A stretch of DNA of 64,000 nt from Eledone cirrhosa (GCA_964016885.1 OZ024756.1:23684001-23748000); one strand, 5' to 3'; counted from the first letter of the stretch, positions 1 through 14,363 are shown. Notes: generated from the letters alone by a model not told the origin. Numbers and translations: made by a program.

Positions 1-435
1 TAAAACCTGGGCGGTTTCAGGTAGGTTGGTATCGAGAGGGTTCAGGCTACGAATAGAAGAACATTCCGAGTTATTTCCCTTACATTTGTTACTAAGAAAT
101 ATTGAAAAATGTATAAAACTTCGTTTACGATGGCTAATGAAATATATATTTGATATTTTTATCATTCGTAATTCAATTTTCAGAATTGAATATATTTAGA
201 TAAATTCTTGGTATGATAAACCTTTGTGAAATTCTTTCGATCAAAATTTATCACATTGTATCACATTGGTTTTCTTGTTATTTTCATTGGTCGGTTTTCT
301 CCCTTGGAAAATGTTTAAGAAGGAAAAAGGAATTAATTCTAAAAGTAACTAATTTAAAAGTCATTTTAAAAAGTATAAATTTAAACAACAGTCAGCATGA
401 AATTTTCTTTGAAGTTAGGATAAACTAGAGAGACG

Positions 436-437
<2 letters not shown>

Positions 438-507
<70 letters not shown>

Positions 508-1020
508 AGACAGACAGTGACAGACCCAGACAGAGAGAGAGAGACAGACAGACAGAGAAAGAGGGGGAGAGAGATAGACAGACAGATACAACGAGACAGA
601 CAGAGACAGACCCAGACAGAAAAAGAGAGACACCGAGACAGAGACAGAGAGAGAGAGAGACAGACAGACAGAGACAGACCCAGAGTGACAGAGAGAGACA
701 GCGAGTCAGAGAGAGAGGGGGGAGAGAGAGTTTAAAGTAGTAAGGGAGTCTAGATGAACTAGAGAAAGAGGAGGAGAGGGAAAGAGAGAGAGACAGAGAG
801 AGACAGAGAGAGTCAGAGACAGAGACAGAGAGAAAGAGACAAAGAGACAGACAGAGAGAGAGAATGAGAGAGAGACAAACATACAGAGATAGAGAGACAG
901 ACGGAGTAGTTTGATGTAGTAGGGGAGTCTAGATAGACTAATTGTGATGGGGAAGGGGGAGAGAGAGACTGAGAGATAGAGGGGGGAGAGACAAAGAGAG
1001 GCAGAGACAGAGAGAGAGTA
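438..1020. repeat. (GA)n/(GACA)n compound microsatellite, representative of dozens of simple repeats in the window
   Basis: Directly visible. Others include (GT)n 30162-30355, (CTTT)n ~31000-31146 and (TGGTG)n ~44125-44430. Confidence 0.95.
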
Positions 1021-2339
1021 AGTGATGAATGTCAAAAATGAGCAAGTGAATGCTTGATGGTGGTATAAGGTCGTTTGTTTTTTTTTGTTTTGTTTTTTTG
1101 TTTGTTTTTTTTTGTTGTTGTTTTTTTTGTTTGTTTGTTTTTGTGTTTTTTTAATGAAAATATTCAGCCTTGTGAGATATGATTTACTGATCAATTGCTG
1201 CTTGGCTCACAGGTACGTCTATCTTACATTTATTGCAGCTATCTGTAATTAGCCTAACATCGCATAAAACAATATTGTCGGATGTGCATCTGATGGAACG
1301 CTTGCTATGGTAGGTAGATACAGAGGTTTCTCTTCTCTCTTAAAACATGAACTTTCGCATCCTCTTTTAACAGTTCACTGTGTGATTCACCAGCAGCATT
1401 TATATCGACGGAAGGCTTAGTGATGTACTGCAGTTAGTTATTAAAACTGTGAACAAGCTAAAATCGAAATCTTTTGTCTGAATGAATTTTCCGTCAACTC
1501 TGTCTTGATAATGACGATGACTATGTGAGGGTGTTGTACCATACTGAAGTATATTGGTTGTTAAAAGGCAACTGTGTTGTCTATTTTGTCGAACTGTTTG
1601 ATGCAATAATATTTTTTCTGTCAAAACACTCTCCTATCCACTTCTCTGGTTGTTCCAAAATGTGATAATTTTTCCTTAGTGACATATTCGCTAACCCTAA
1701 CCATAAAACTAACCTTGAACATGAAACTAAATTATATCCTTTATAATTAGATTTAATAAAATACAACTTTAAATAGTCAAATTTGCTTTCGTTTCTTTCT
1801 TAATAAGAGCGGTAGCAGCCGCAGAAATCAGCGTTATTTGTTACCTCCCTTAGGTATATTTACTACATTATAAAAAAAAGTCAGTTTACGAACCAGTAAC
1901 AAATTTTTACCATTTTTGGTATGGTTTTGAATATGTACTATACAGGTGGGCGGTAGAAAAAGATTGGGAACCCCTATTATTGGAAGTGCTCAAATTACAC
2001 TTATAGTTTTCTCTCATTCCTCCCTCTTTCTCTCTGCATATATGTATTACATCATCCTGTTATGTACATCTCAAAGACATCAAAATGGTTGAATATTAAT
2101 CATTTGTTGTGTTATCATCAGACTGGTATTTATCTGTAATATTATTTTGTTTTTGCTTTTGATATACTCGCCATAGTTTGGAACACGATGTTGGCAGTTC
2201 GGTTATAAGAGAGCATATGATGTACAAATGATTACAAGAGGCAAGCAAAGGGTGGGAGATATGGGTCAGCTTGTTAGTATTAAGTGGTGGGAGTAGGTCA
2301 CTGGACTAAAGGTGTCAAGTTACTAAGTCAAGTCAGCAG

Positions 2340-2535
2340 CTTCGGTTATGAAATGGCTCTTCCAGCGCATCTCCTTTACCATCCTCCGGGGAAACGCCTT
2401 CTCCATTCTGTCCGCCGGGGCTGTGGGACGGCCAGCACGTGGGACCCCGTTTGCTCACTATACAGAGAGATGGAGGCGATGACGGTGGGAGTTCGACTCT
2501 TCCGTGTTCGGGTACATTGCACCTGCCAACAGTGT
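2340..2535 (+). mobile_element. CRE-like non-LTR retrotransposon C-terminal remnant
   Basis: Translates KWLFQRISFTILRGNAFSILSAG, resembling the QR(L/I)SxAxxRGNA end of CRE-clade ORFs. Confidence 0.6.
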
Positions 2536-4786
2536 ATTTTCATACTTGAGACGAACATTTTGAATTTCTATGTATGCATATGTAAGTGTTCATGTATATC
2601 TTTCGAAAGAATAGCGTGTGCTGCTGATTTGAAAGTTAGATGATAAAAATGGAGGGGTAAAGACAAGGCTGGTAAATATGATTGCTTATTTTCTTATTAC
2701 TTACGGCAGCAGTTGGGAGCAGCTTTGATATTCAACAAATGCTGCTTTGCTGGCGCCTAATTTAAACTGCTTCTCTGTAGTATATATGGGGTTAAGGGTG
2801 TGTATTGTGTTCGTAGGGAGAGTGTACAAAGATTTCTGTGTTCTAGTTAGGTTTTTTTTTAAATATGTGAAGTCACACGTTCACACACGCATACACACGC
2901 CTAGGCAATATGCGCGTGCTCACATACATGCATGGGTATATATAAAAATAGATATATACATGTGTATATTATAATCAAAACTTGTATACGTGTAAAAGTT
3001 ATGCGCTGTCGTATGTAAGTACGGAAGTGGAAGTTTGTATAACAGTTCGTTACCTGCAAATATGCAAGCATGCGAGTACAGGCAGACTATTCATCATGCA
3101 CGCTTACATGACTAATGAATCAAGGTGTAATAAGTTTAACGCATCGAGGTTCTATAAGAGGAACATAAAGGAAGTGAAAGGGCTGAGCTGTCGAAAATAA
3201 GGAGAGGCATGTGTATCAACAAATGAAACACTAGAGTAGAGATTCTGGATGTGGGCGCTACCGCCCCCACACCACCACCACGGGAGAGGGGTCTTTGAGG
3301 AGGTCCAGTGGAGCGCTGGGACCTAAAGGGGATGTGAGGGAGTAGAGATGATATAATAATATATTAAATATCAAATGATATATATTATATATAAATATAG
3401 TAAAATAGAAATATATATAACTATTTATACATGGTATATATTATATTATTTATTATATATGAATTAACAATTTAATTTATTATATATCATTTACAATTTG
3501 CGGGTAGGTAGGTCTCTCTGTAAATAGGGTTGGGGTGTGCTGAGGGTATTACGTGGCCGTAAGGGGAGGGTGCACTAGAGGGTTTCGAAAAGTAACTTAA
3601 TCAAAAAGTGGAGTACAAGGTTAAAGTCTATAAACATAGACGACCATTAGGTTTCGCCTCGTTCGACTTGGTGCCGACCGTTCCTTCTCCGACCATTCGT
3701 TGTCGCCGACCGTTCGTTCTCGTCGCCAACCGTTCGTTCTCGCTAACCTTTCGTTCTCGGCGTCCTTCTGCTTGGTATATCCAAGCGAGTTGACTTGGGG
3801 CTAAAGATGATTAATTTCAAACCCAATATATTTGCACTAGTTTCGTCGCACCATACACAGGGGTCACATTGAAGATACATAAAAATAGTGTGTGCCAAAA
3901 TATTTGATGTTTCAAGTTTTTACATTTCTTTCAATAAAGAATCTTCTAATGCAAATATTGTTCATTTATATTGTTTTGTAAGAATTTTTAAAAATTAGTA
4001 ATGGTTTGTTATTGGTTCATAAACTGACTTTTGTGACTGTTATACTTTATTTATTATCCGGAAAATTGTCTATAAGAAAATCTGCTTATCTCGGGTTTAT
4101 ATTTTTAAATAATTACTATATAGGTGGAAAATGTGTCCATGCGAAAGTGGGCAATGACACAAAAATGGTTGGAAATCTCTGAGTTAAATGAAAAATAATT
4201 TAAAATAATATAACCAAGGGCGTTTTTTGGCGTGATGATATCAAAAGGGTTAACTAGAAATAATTACGTGGTGAGTTATATATTTTGAGTAATATATTCT
4301 CAATACAATTTTACAGTTTTCTTCGTCATTCGTCTTAATTCCACCAGGATTGTCTACCTCTAAGTTGTTGCAAATGAGGGGGCGGTGGCAACCGCTACGT
4401 ATTGGTTGGGCCTGCTAAAAATATCAGCCTAACCTCCCTTAAATTACACCCTACTATCTTAGGACAGTGATATTGATGATTGGAACGTTCTGCTGTCAAA
4501 CTAACTATTGCAGGCTGAAGACTGTAGGAAAGACGTGCTGGGGACAATAACTAGAAAGACGATGACGTTCTGGGGAGAAAAGAAAACAAGTCTGGTTAGT
4601 GCCAGACCTGCAAAATGATATATGAAAAATGTCATAAAATAACAATGTTTGTTACAATTGTATTAAAATACTTTTATTACGTTAAATGTAATTTGTTTGA
4701 ACAATAAAATATTTCTCTTTAATTTTTTCCTCCATAATTTTTTATGAATATCTTTATATTTTATTATTCATATATATATAGGAATC

Positions 4787-4860
<74 letters not shown>

Positions 4861-4889
4861 GATTCCTATATATAGTACATATGTATGTA

Positions 4890-4931
<42 letters not shown>

Positions 4932-4962
4932 TACATATATATATATACATATATATATATAC

Positions 4963-5015
<53 letters not shown>

Positions 5016-5020
5016 TATAC

Positions 5021-5057
<37 letters not shown>

Positions 5058-5070
5058 CATATATATATAC

Positions 5071-5123
<53 letters not shown>

Positions 5124-5124
5124 C

Positions 5125-5163
<39 letters not shown>

Positions 5164-5219
5164 AATATATATACATATACATATATATATACATATATAT
5201 ATACATACATATACATATA

Positions 5220-5279
<60 letters not shown>

Positions 5280-5342
5280 TATACACATATATATACATAT
5301 ATATACACACAACCAGCACATACTCAAATTTTTATATATACA

Positions 5343-5386
<44 letters not shown>

Positions 5387-6640
5387 CATATGTGTATATA
5401 TTCCATCTTTCTATTGCAAGGGAGTTGTGAACCAAATACTGTGCCATATTCATCTTTGCTGTTAGTCATTTAACCACTGAGGTAACAGTCGTTGTTCTAA
5501 CATGCTTGTCTCTGTTTTATTGCGACCAAGACAAAATGTTTAATTATTCATCATTTTATTGCTTCTCACCAACGACTACCAACGTTATTTTTACCAACTC
5601 AAGAAAGAGTTTAAATATAAGCTTGACAGCAGAGGCAACGGAGAGGAGCTCCGGTTAGATCCTGTCAACAAAATCTCCATACGGTTTAAATATACTGTAG
5701 ACCTTCTACTGCCCAGCTCTCCTGGGAGTTTCTTACCTTTTCTAAACAACAACAAATTGTTTTAATTAAGGTACATAGAGAGAAAGAAAGGGTGGTTCTG
5801 TCTTTAGAGAAATGTTTGTTATGAAGGATACGTAGCGAAAAAGGGTGGCAGACTTTTGGGAATTTACTCTCGGAGTTTTATTAAATGGCCTCTGTTAGTT
5901 CGACAAAATGGATAATTCATCACGGATTTGGAGCCAAAAGTGCCGGAAAATCGGTCGGTGTTGTGCTTGTGTTAAATTGATCATTTCGTTGTGGTTGGTT
6001 AGTTATTGTTGTTGTTGCTGTTTTGGTGGTGAAGGCGCGAGGTTTAGTGGTTGAGGTGGGTGTTCGGGTCCACGATCGTAGTATCAAGGGTTCGATTCCC
6101 TGTAGTGTGTTACCTCCATGATCAAAACACTTTCTTTCTTTCTTTTTTTTTTCTTCTCACGCTGCTTCAGCCCACTCAGCTGACCCAAAAATGAATTGTA
6201 CCTGTAATTCAATGGGGATGGGGGGGGGGGTCAGTCTTGTTACTGAGCTGAATCGTCTGGAGAACTAATCAAGAGTACACATGACTGTGCAATGATCAGC
6301 CACTCGCATGGCGTTTGTCTCGCTAGTCAAACAATTGGAACACTTGTCGTCGAAACCGGTGGCGATCCAACACTCAACACTGTTGTTGTTTTGCGGCGGT
6401 AGTCATGTTCATGGATTGTTGTATATGTGGAGATTATTCTTTTACTCTTTTACCTGTGCCAGCCGACTTGCTGAGGCCATGCTGGGGCACCGCCATTGTG
6501 GGTGGAAGATTTGCTTTATTTTGTTTTGTTTTGTTTTGTTTTGTTCTTTTTTTTGTTTCTTTTTTTCTCGGTCTTGTCAAATATTATTGTTAGTTTAATA
6601 TGTATTAGTTTCTTCTGTTTGTTTTGATACAAGGCTGAAA

Positions 6641-7400
6641 ATAATGGTTTATGATTTAGGCACAAGGCCAGCAATTTTAGGGGAGGGGAAAGTCGATTAA
6701 ATCGGCCCTAGTGTGTTACTGGTACTATATTTTATCAAACCCCCGTAAGGATGAAAGGCAAAGCTAACCTCGGCGGGATTTGAACTCTGAACATAAAGGG
6801 ACATAACTCTATGCTGCAAAGTATGGTGTCTGACTCTACCGATACTGCCTATTAGAAATAATTATTTCTACTTTTTGGCACAAGGCCAGCAATTATCCCA
6901 GTACATTACTGGTACTTTATTTTATCGACCCCGTAAGGATGAAAGGCAAAGTTAACCTTGCGGGAATTGAACTCAGATCGTAAAGGGACGTAACTATGCT
7001 GGAAAGCATATCCGACCCTCTACCGATACTGCCATTCCACCGCCAATAATTTTAGGGAAGTAGGAAGAAGTCGTTTAAATCGACCCTCGAGTCTTACTAA
7101 TACTTTATTTTATCGAACCTCCGTAAGGATGAAAGGCAAAGCTAACCTCGGCGGGGTTTGAACTCAAACATAAAAGGATATAACTCTATGCTGCGAAGCA
7201 AGTTGTCCGACGCTCTACCGATTCTGCTATCCCAACGCCCTAAAGCTGGAAATAATTGTTTCTATTTTTGGCACAAGGCCAGCAATTATCCCAGTGCATT
7301 ACTGGTACTTTATTTTATCGACCCCGTAAGAATGAAAGGCAAAGTTAACCTCGGCAGGATTTGAACTCAGACCGTAAAGGGGCGTAACTCTATGCTACAA
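6641..7400 (-). mobile_element. Head-to-tail cluster of tRNA-derived SINE family 1
   Basis: Minus-strand head GGCGGTGGATTGGCAGTATCGGTAGAG (A box) ... GAGTTCAAATCCCGCC (B box), then GCCTTTCATCCTTACGGGGTCGATAAAATAAAGTACC and a TTA-rich tail. About 4 copies. Confidence 0.85.
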
Positions 7401-7927
7401 TACATGCTATGTAGCCTTTATTGGTTTTCTCCTAACTTATTGAAAACATTTGTAGCTATCTTATTCATGTTTGATCCCATCATTTTCTATGTAGAGTACT
7501 TTTCTCTCTCTCTCACTCTCTCTCTCTCTCTCTCTCTCTCTATTTATCTCTCTCTCACTCACACACACTCACTCGCTCACTCGCTCACTCTTTCTGTCAC
7601 TCTATCTCTATCTATCCACCTTTCTCTCTTTTCTAAAGTTTCAGCTGTATAGGGATTTCGACGTGAAGATGTATATATTGATGTAGGTACTCTCTCTCTC
7701 CCTCTCTCTCCTCCCCCTCTCTCTATCTCTCTCGCTCTCTCGCTCTCTGTGAACGATAGCATTTATTAATATGCTTTATGTATACTGTTATAATACATCT
7801 ACTATTTATCTATTGTTCTTCCATATATATATATATATATGTGTGTGTGTGTAAAAACATGCCTCTAATGTTAGTTGGGTACTAAGGGAAATGATTCATT
7901 ATATTAATGTAATGTTTAGTTAGTCTC

Positions 7928-8113
7928 TCACATATCTCTTATCGGTAAAAACTGGGAATGTTGCTTTCGTCTCCGAGATTTCTTGCCGTTTTTTACTCTG
8001 CCGCGTTTGCTGATGGCAAGGAACCATTTTTTCTTGGAATATTTCTCTGATTTGTAAAGTGTATAGAGGCTTTTCATCCTTTCGTAGAATGTACAAGATT
8101 CATCTTTGCACGG
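7928..8113 (-). CDS. Fibroblast growth factor, coding exon 3 (PCKDESCTFYERMKSLYTLYKSEKYSKKKWFLAISKRGRVKNGKKSRRRKQHSQFLPIRDM*)
   Basis: ttttcag| acceptor in phase 0. Contains CxFxE, YxxYxS, WFLAIxKxG and FLP FGF motifs. TGA at 7930-7928. Not in the ORF track. Confidence 0.96.
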   Translation of the reverse strand, partial: PCKDESCTFYERMKSLYTLYKSEKYSKKKWFLAISKRGRVKNGKKSRRRKQHSQFLPIRDM

Positions 8114-8825
8114 CTGAAAAATAGAGAGAGAGTGTGTGAAAGAGAAGGAAGGAAATATATATGTATAAAAAAATGAGAGGTTTTTTTTTTAATAAAAAAC
8201 CAGATGTCCTACACGAGTGAAAATATAAGGAAAAGAAATCGAAAATGCAACTGGAGTCTTTTTAAGAATATTTATTTGTTTCCTTTACCGGTTTCACAGT
8301 TCTTATGCTTTTCAAAAGTAGAATGAGATGGAGGGTTTGTGTTTTAGAGAGAGAGTGAGAGAGAGAATGAAAAATAGAAGGAATGAGAGAGAATGTAAAA
8401 TAGAAGGAGAGAGTGTGTGAAAGAGAGAGAGCGGAGAATGAAAAATAGCGAGGCGGGAGGAAGCAGGCGTTAAAAGTTGTTGATTTGTTGATTTGCCCTA
8501 ATATTAATGAGAAAGTTAGATCGGACAACTGGAACACCTATCGTTGGAATTGACGGAGGTCCTTTGCACCTACCCACTCCTCTCATCCAGCAAACCTGTT
8601 GTTGTTGTTGATGATGGACCTCCGTCGTCTCCAACGACGAATGCTTCAGTCGATTCTATCAATAGAACTAAACTGCCCTGACGTGAAATTAACGTGTAAG
8701 TAGCTGTGCATTTCACAGACACGTTCGCCCTTAATGTAGTTCTCAGGAGATTCAGCGTGATACGATGTGTGTGTCATGGCTTCCCCCTTGAATTGCAAGT
8801 ACAACTTATTTTTACCAATAGTAGA

Positions 8826-9095
8826 GGCACGTGGCCTAGTGGTAATGGTGTTGGTCTTACGATCACAATGTCGCGGATTCAATGTCTGAACTGGGTTGTG
8901 TGTTGTGTTCTTGAGCAAAACACTTGACTCACGTTGCTCCAGTATACTCCGCTGAAAATGAGTACCAGCAATAACTGGGGGATTAACCCAGCAATGGACT
9001 GGCATCCTGTCCAGCGAGTAGTCATGTACGTTCAGTCGCTTAACGCCATTGAAACCGGAATAAGCACCAGTCTGATGAGACTCCAGTCTCGAGAC
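8826..9095 (+). mobile_element. tRNA-derived SINE family 2
   Basis: Head ggcacgtggcctagtggt, core tgtgttcttgagcaaaacact, 3' part gatggactggcatcctgtccag...gaaaccggaataagcacc. Related copies at ~6030-6400, 41500-41760 (-) and 44062-44630. Confidence 0.75.
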
Positions 9096-9172
9096 AGACA
9101 GTCAGGCAAACAGACAGATAGAAAATGTGAATAAAGAAAAGAAAATCTAGAATCAATAATATAGATAATTAC

Positions 9173-9276
9173 CACACCACACAGAACTCCTTTGCTGTTA
9201 AATGCAAGGTATCGGCCGCTCTGCACTCCTTTGATTGCCACTAGTCCTGTGTCCACCGATTCGAATTGCAGCAAAG
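9173..9276 (-). CDS. Fibroblast growth factor, coding exon 2 (104 nt; ALLQFESVDTGLVAIKGVQSGRYLAFNSKGVLCGV)
   Basis: ttgacag| acceptor and |GTAATT donor. The 104-nt length with phase 1 to 0 is the conserved FGF middle exon. Carries the G.V.IKGVxSGRYLAxNxxGxL.G signature. Confidence 0.96.
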
Positions 9277-9726
9277 CTGTCAATAGAAAACATATAGATT
9301 ATATATATATATATATATAATATTAAGGATACTATTTATGGTTATGTATATACTAAAGCTTTTTATAGTTATATATATTTTAAACCCTAAACAGTGCTTG
9401 TATTACATGTAACACCCTGCCACACAATAATCATATATAAATAAGACACACGTGCATGCCCACGTGTAACTAACGCATACACTAACTACTACATCTGACT
9501 AACAAACTATCCTCTTGCATTATCTATGTTAACTGCCGAATCTATTTTAATTTTGTTTTAATTTTGTTTTAATTTTAATTTTGATTTTGATTTTGAATTT
9601 GAATTGCTATACAGAAATAATATAATATAATATATGTCACTCCACCCTACATCAATATATACATATGTATCTGTATGTCTCTTGCGTTGGAAAGGAGGTC
9701 AATTATGTGTACAAACATTGAAAAAT

Positions 9727-9771
9727 GCTCCGAAGACTCCAAGCCTAGGTTTGGATGAAAAAATTGTAAGT
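9727..9771 (+). ncRNA. Hammerhead-like motif with CCGAAGA core
   Basis: GCU-CCGAAGA-c-UCCAAGC-CUAG-GUUUGGA-u-GAAA-AAAUUG-UA-AGU, followed by AAUAAA and a (TA)n tract. Confidence 0.5.
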
Positions 9772-9815
9772 GAATAAATGCTTTGAACATAGCTTTGATT
9801 CTTGTGAATTCTATA

Positions 9816-9844
<29 letters not shown>

Positions 9845-9848
<4 letters not shown>

Positions 9849-10275
9849 GAAAGACGTAAAATAAGAAAATTTTAAAAAGAATTAAAAAAATTAACTTACT
9901 TACTAAAATTTTCACTCCAACTAATTAGTTTCTGCAATGGGATAAAGACAGTTACGTAATATAACCGTCGAGAATTCATTGCGTCATCAGGGAGTCTATT
10001 CTCAGCTAAGTCTCCAGGCAATGCGCGGACACTGGGGACTCATATAAAAAATCTACCGAATTATTATTATTTTTATATGAGTCCCCAGTGTCCGCGCATT
10101 GCCTGGAGACTTAGCTGAGAATAGACTCCCTGATGACGCAATGAATTCTCGACGGTTATATTACGTAACTGTCTTTATCCCATTGCAGAAACTAATTAGT
10201 TGGAGTGAAAATTTTAGTAAGTAAGTTAATTTTTTTAATTCTTTTTAAAATTTTCTTATTTTACGTCTTTCATAT
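9845..10275. repeat. Perfect inverted repeat, 206-bp arms, 19-nt spacer
   Basis: 9845-10050 is the reverse complement of 10070-10275. Confidence 0.95.
10125..10206 (+). ncRNA. Type I hammerhead ribozyme motif (mirror copy at 9914-9995 on -)
   Basis: ACUCC-CUGAUGA-c-GCAAUG...CAUUGC-a-GAAA-CUAAUUAG-UU-GGAGU. 5-bp stem I, palindromic stem III, GUU cleavage triplet. Confidence 0.8.
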
Positions 10276-10380
10276 TATTGTTCTGCATCCTCCTGCATTG
10301 AACCACCTAGGTACTATGACATAACATATGTATTTGCTAGCATTAGCGTACATCTGTACGCATATGTTAGTAGATATACT

Positions 10381-10431
<51 letters not shown>

Positions 10432-10986
10432 ATTAAAAGAATATTAGTCTCTAATACTTAAACATCTCAATGAATGGATAAAATATATAGATAAAATATC
10501 ACTCAGGGAAGCAATATTACATATTAAACTTAAGCCTAAAAATCTTTATTTAGAGGAGTATAAGTCTGTATAATTTATTATCAATACTATATATTCTCTT
10601 ATTCCAAAGATTACTTCCAAAATTGTTTATTCCAAAAATGTGTAATGACTTCTATTGTTTCTTCTGTTAGGGAGACATTTAAGTGAGTAAGACTCTCTTA
10701 TTTGAGTCTGTCTTATACTCCCCTAAATAGAGTTTTTCTTTTGGTTTAAGTTTTATATATATATATATATATATATAACATGACCCTCCCAAAGTATAAC
10801 AATATCGGTTTCAACACACGTTTTCAGATAAAGAATCTTGCTAAACAAATTCAGAAACGAAATATATATATATAAACTTTAATCGATTATTTTAATAAAT
10901 ATTTGCTCTACGGTTTTATATATTTTTATATATATATTATCCTTATCGAGCCCTCTTCGGATTTTAGTCTTCACATTTATTATTAT

Positions 10987-11108
<122 letters not shown>

Positions 11109-12529
11109 TAGAATTAGAAGCTTTCACCGTAAATTGACTACAGAGATAATAGCCTAATATTAGGATATATGAACCCCCATAACGGAGTGAAATGGATATT
11201 AGATGTTACCATCGGCCACTACGGGGTATCTGAGAGATATGGAGTTCGTTTCCACGTAGCGGCTGATGGCAACTTCTTTTTCAGTCTTTAAGGGTATTTG
11301 CCCTATTTAATAAGCTATTTATAGTGTCTCCATGCATGAACATACTACTCTTTATATAAATAGATGTTTCATTGAGACGAGACTGGCCGGGGCCTCTACG
11401 TGATCACTCGACATGCTAGGAATAGCAGCCATAATCTCCCCATATATCACACAGTCTACATTGTTCTAATAAAAAGTTAGGGGATGCTGGCGAAGAAGGG
11501 CACATTAAACAGTGCTGGCGTCCTAGATATATCATACCGAGGGGAAGAGAGCAGAAATAGTCACAGCTGGAACATCTTTTATCATAGGTCTACTCTATCA
11601 AAGTTGACCTGTGGCTAAACACCACCAACAACACCAATAAGATATAAATAGATAATGAATATCTAATGATAGCTCAACCTTCACGTGATTTTGTTTTTCT
11701 TTTTTCTATTTTCTTTTTTTCTTATCTGGCTAACAAGCTGTTGGATATTATTAGATGAAATAAAATAAATTACTTTCAGGGATCACGCTACATGTTTATC
11801 TCTACATGTTTATCTCTTCTTCATAAAACTCAAAATAAAATGGACGCCTGTCTTTATGTAACTCAGTTTGTTTTGTTTTTGTTTTGTTTTGCTTGTTTTT
11901 CCTTATTCTTTACTTTTGCTATTAAAACCTTCTGTATATAAAAATATTCACAAAATCTTAAACAAACAGATGACTTATTCTGATTGGTCCACAATTTTTC
12001 TTTTTGATGTTTGTTTTGTGTGTTCGTAAGAAATATTATAAACAGACAAGATGATAAATTTAGTTTTGGCTTTTATTTTTAGTATTATTATTTTTCCTTT
12101 TTTTAAGATTTTTCTTTCATTTTTCTTTCTGGTTTTTCATTTTATCAACGGAAATAACCAAGACAGCATTTTTCCACGACCTGATCGCCTGGCTGAGATA
12201 CAAGAACAGCCATGCATGCGCACCCACCCCTCCCCAACGAACCTTACTTGACACTCCAGTCAGATGAGATGCCAAAGAAGTAAAAAAACTGCGGTATCCA
12301 CTTTTTAACCCTCTCGCGAGCCATATTTCTGATAAGAATATATACTGCATTTGCTGTGGCGTATTGCTGGGAGCGTGGGGGTACAGCTGCACACACCCCA
12401 TCCACCCCACAAAAAAAACTGTTGTCGAAAATTTGGATTTGTCGGAAAATTTTTAAATTTAAAAAAAATGTTGTATACTTTGGTCGTTTATTTTAATTAA
12501 ACAAAACATAATGGAATATGTACAATACA

Positions 12530-13010
12530 ATAATTGTTTCTACTTTAGGCACAAGGCCAGCAATTACCCAGTGTATTACTGGTACTTTATTTTATAATAG
12601 AATATGTACAATACAATAATGAATAAAGTTGTCATAATAATGGTTTCTACTTTTGGCACAAGGCCAGCAATTATCCAGTGAATTACTGGTACTACTTTAT
12701 TTTATCGACCACGTAAGGATGAAAGGCAAAGTTAACCTCGGCGGAATTTTAACTCAGACCGTAAAGGGCCGTAACTCTAAACTGCATAGCATGGCGTCCG
12801 GCTCTCTATTGATACTGCCAATCCACCGCCATTTTGGGGGAGGGAAAAAATCGATTAAATCGACCCCAGTGTATTACTGGTGCTTTATTTTATCGACCCC
12901 CGTACGGATGAAAGGCAAAGCTCATCTCGGCGGATTTTAACTCAGAACGTAACATTTCCCCTACCCCCAAATTTATGGCCTTGTGCCAATGTTAGAAACC
13001 ATTATTGTTC
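12530..13010 (-). mobile_element. SINE family 1 cluster
   Basis: Same consensus as the 6.6-7.4 kb cluster, partial copies. Further single copies at ~15240-15480, 16470-16700, 17640-17810, 23100-23300 and 23970-24240. Confidence 0.8.
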
Positions 13011-13424
13011 TTGTTATTGTTGTTGTTGTTGTTGTTGTTGCTGTTGTTGTTGCTATTGTCAACAAAAGTGAAAGAAGGTACTCAATACATGTTATAGAGT
13101 GTATTAATTCTTTATACAAGTTTTATGCCAATGCAATCTTGAGTCACGTGGTTGTAAGCGTGTGTATATATACATTCATGTGCCTTTCTATGTGTGTGTA
13201 TGTTTGAGTTTATACGTATAGAGGCACACACACACACACATCTACACACACGCACACTCAGACACACATACACACAACCACCACCATACCACACACACTG
13301 TGGCGTAAGGTGTTGGATAAATCTTTTAAAACATGTTTACCTAAATATATATACAAGCATTTTATGTATTTGTACAGTACGAAGCTGACATTTATAAACA
13401 TTATATATATACCCTGTGTGTATG

Positions 13425-13538
<114 letters not shown>

Positions 13539-14363
13539 CTGTACTCGTATATTAGATGTGTGTTTATATCTGTTTGAGCCAGTGTTGAACGAACCTGTGA
13601 TTTAGATATATATTTATAGATTTATAGGCATATATATGTGTGAATGTGGTATGTATGCGCATGTGTGTGTATATTTCAACACATATTTCTCATAAGCATA
13701 AAATTGTCTGTATATATATATTTAGGTAAATATATTTTAAGAGCTACACAAGTGTGTGTATGTATGTGCACGTGTGTATGTGTGTGCGTGTGTGTGTGCG
13801 CGTGTGTTTATGAGTGTGTGAGTGTGCGTTTCTCTGCACATCAACGAAACGCTCGTCAAATATAGTGTTTTTGAAGCACGATAGATGCAGTATAACTGAT
13901 TAGTTTGCCTTCCAATCCTTAGGTCCCGGGTTCGATCCCACTGCGCGGATTCTTGGGAAGCTTCACGTCGACCCATGGCTTGTGATTGGATTTGGGTAGA
14001 CGGAAACTATTTAGAAGCCCGTCAGATGAACATTACCTGTATTTCAAAGGGTCTGTCTTGTTATATACACACTATGTCATGCTGAATCTCCCTGAGAACT
14101 ACGTTATAGTTACACATGCCTATGGAATGCCCGGCCACTTACAGGTTAATTTCATTGTTGAGACCGGTGTAAGTCAATTCTATTCGTGATATTTAGAGAG
14201 CCATAATTGGCAGAATCGGTAGAGCAATGAATAGAAAGCATTTGAATATATCTGGCTGTGTCTATTTAAACTGGACGACCGATTAAGTCTTTCTGCAAAG
14301 GCAAGAACGATCTCTTCAAAGAGATTCCACACAGTTGCCCCTTTCTACGCAAATTTCACTCAC

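Noticed and set aside
5559-5765. 68-aa ORF in unique sequence downstream of FGF
   Set aside because: Non-ATG start, no recognisable domain and no clear splice signals.
9050-9095. CTGATGA near GAAAC in the SINE family 2 tail as a hammerhead
   Set aside because: No GAAA follows the putative stem II and the stems cannot be closed. It is part of the SINE 3' region.
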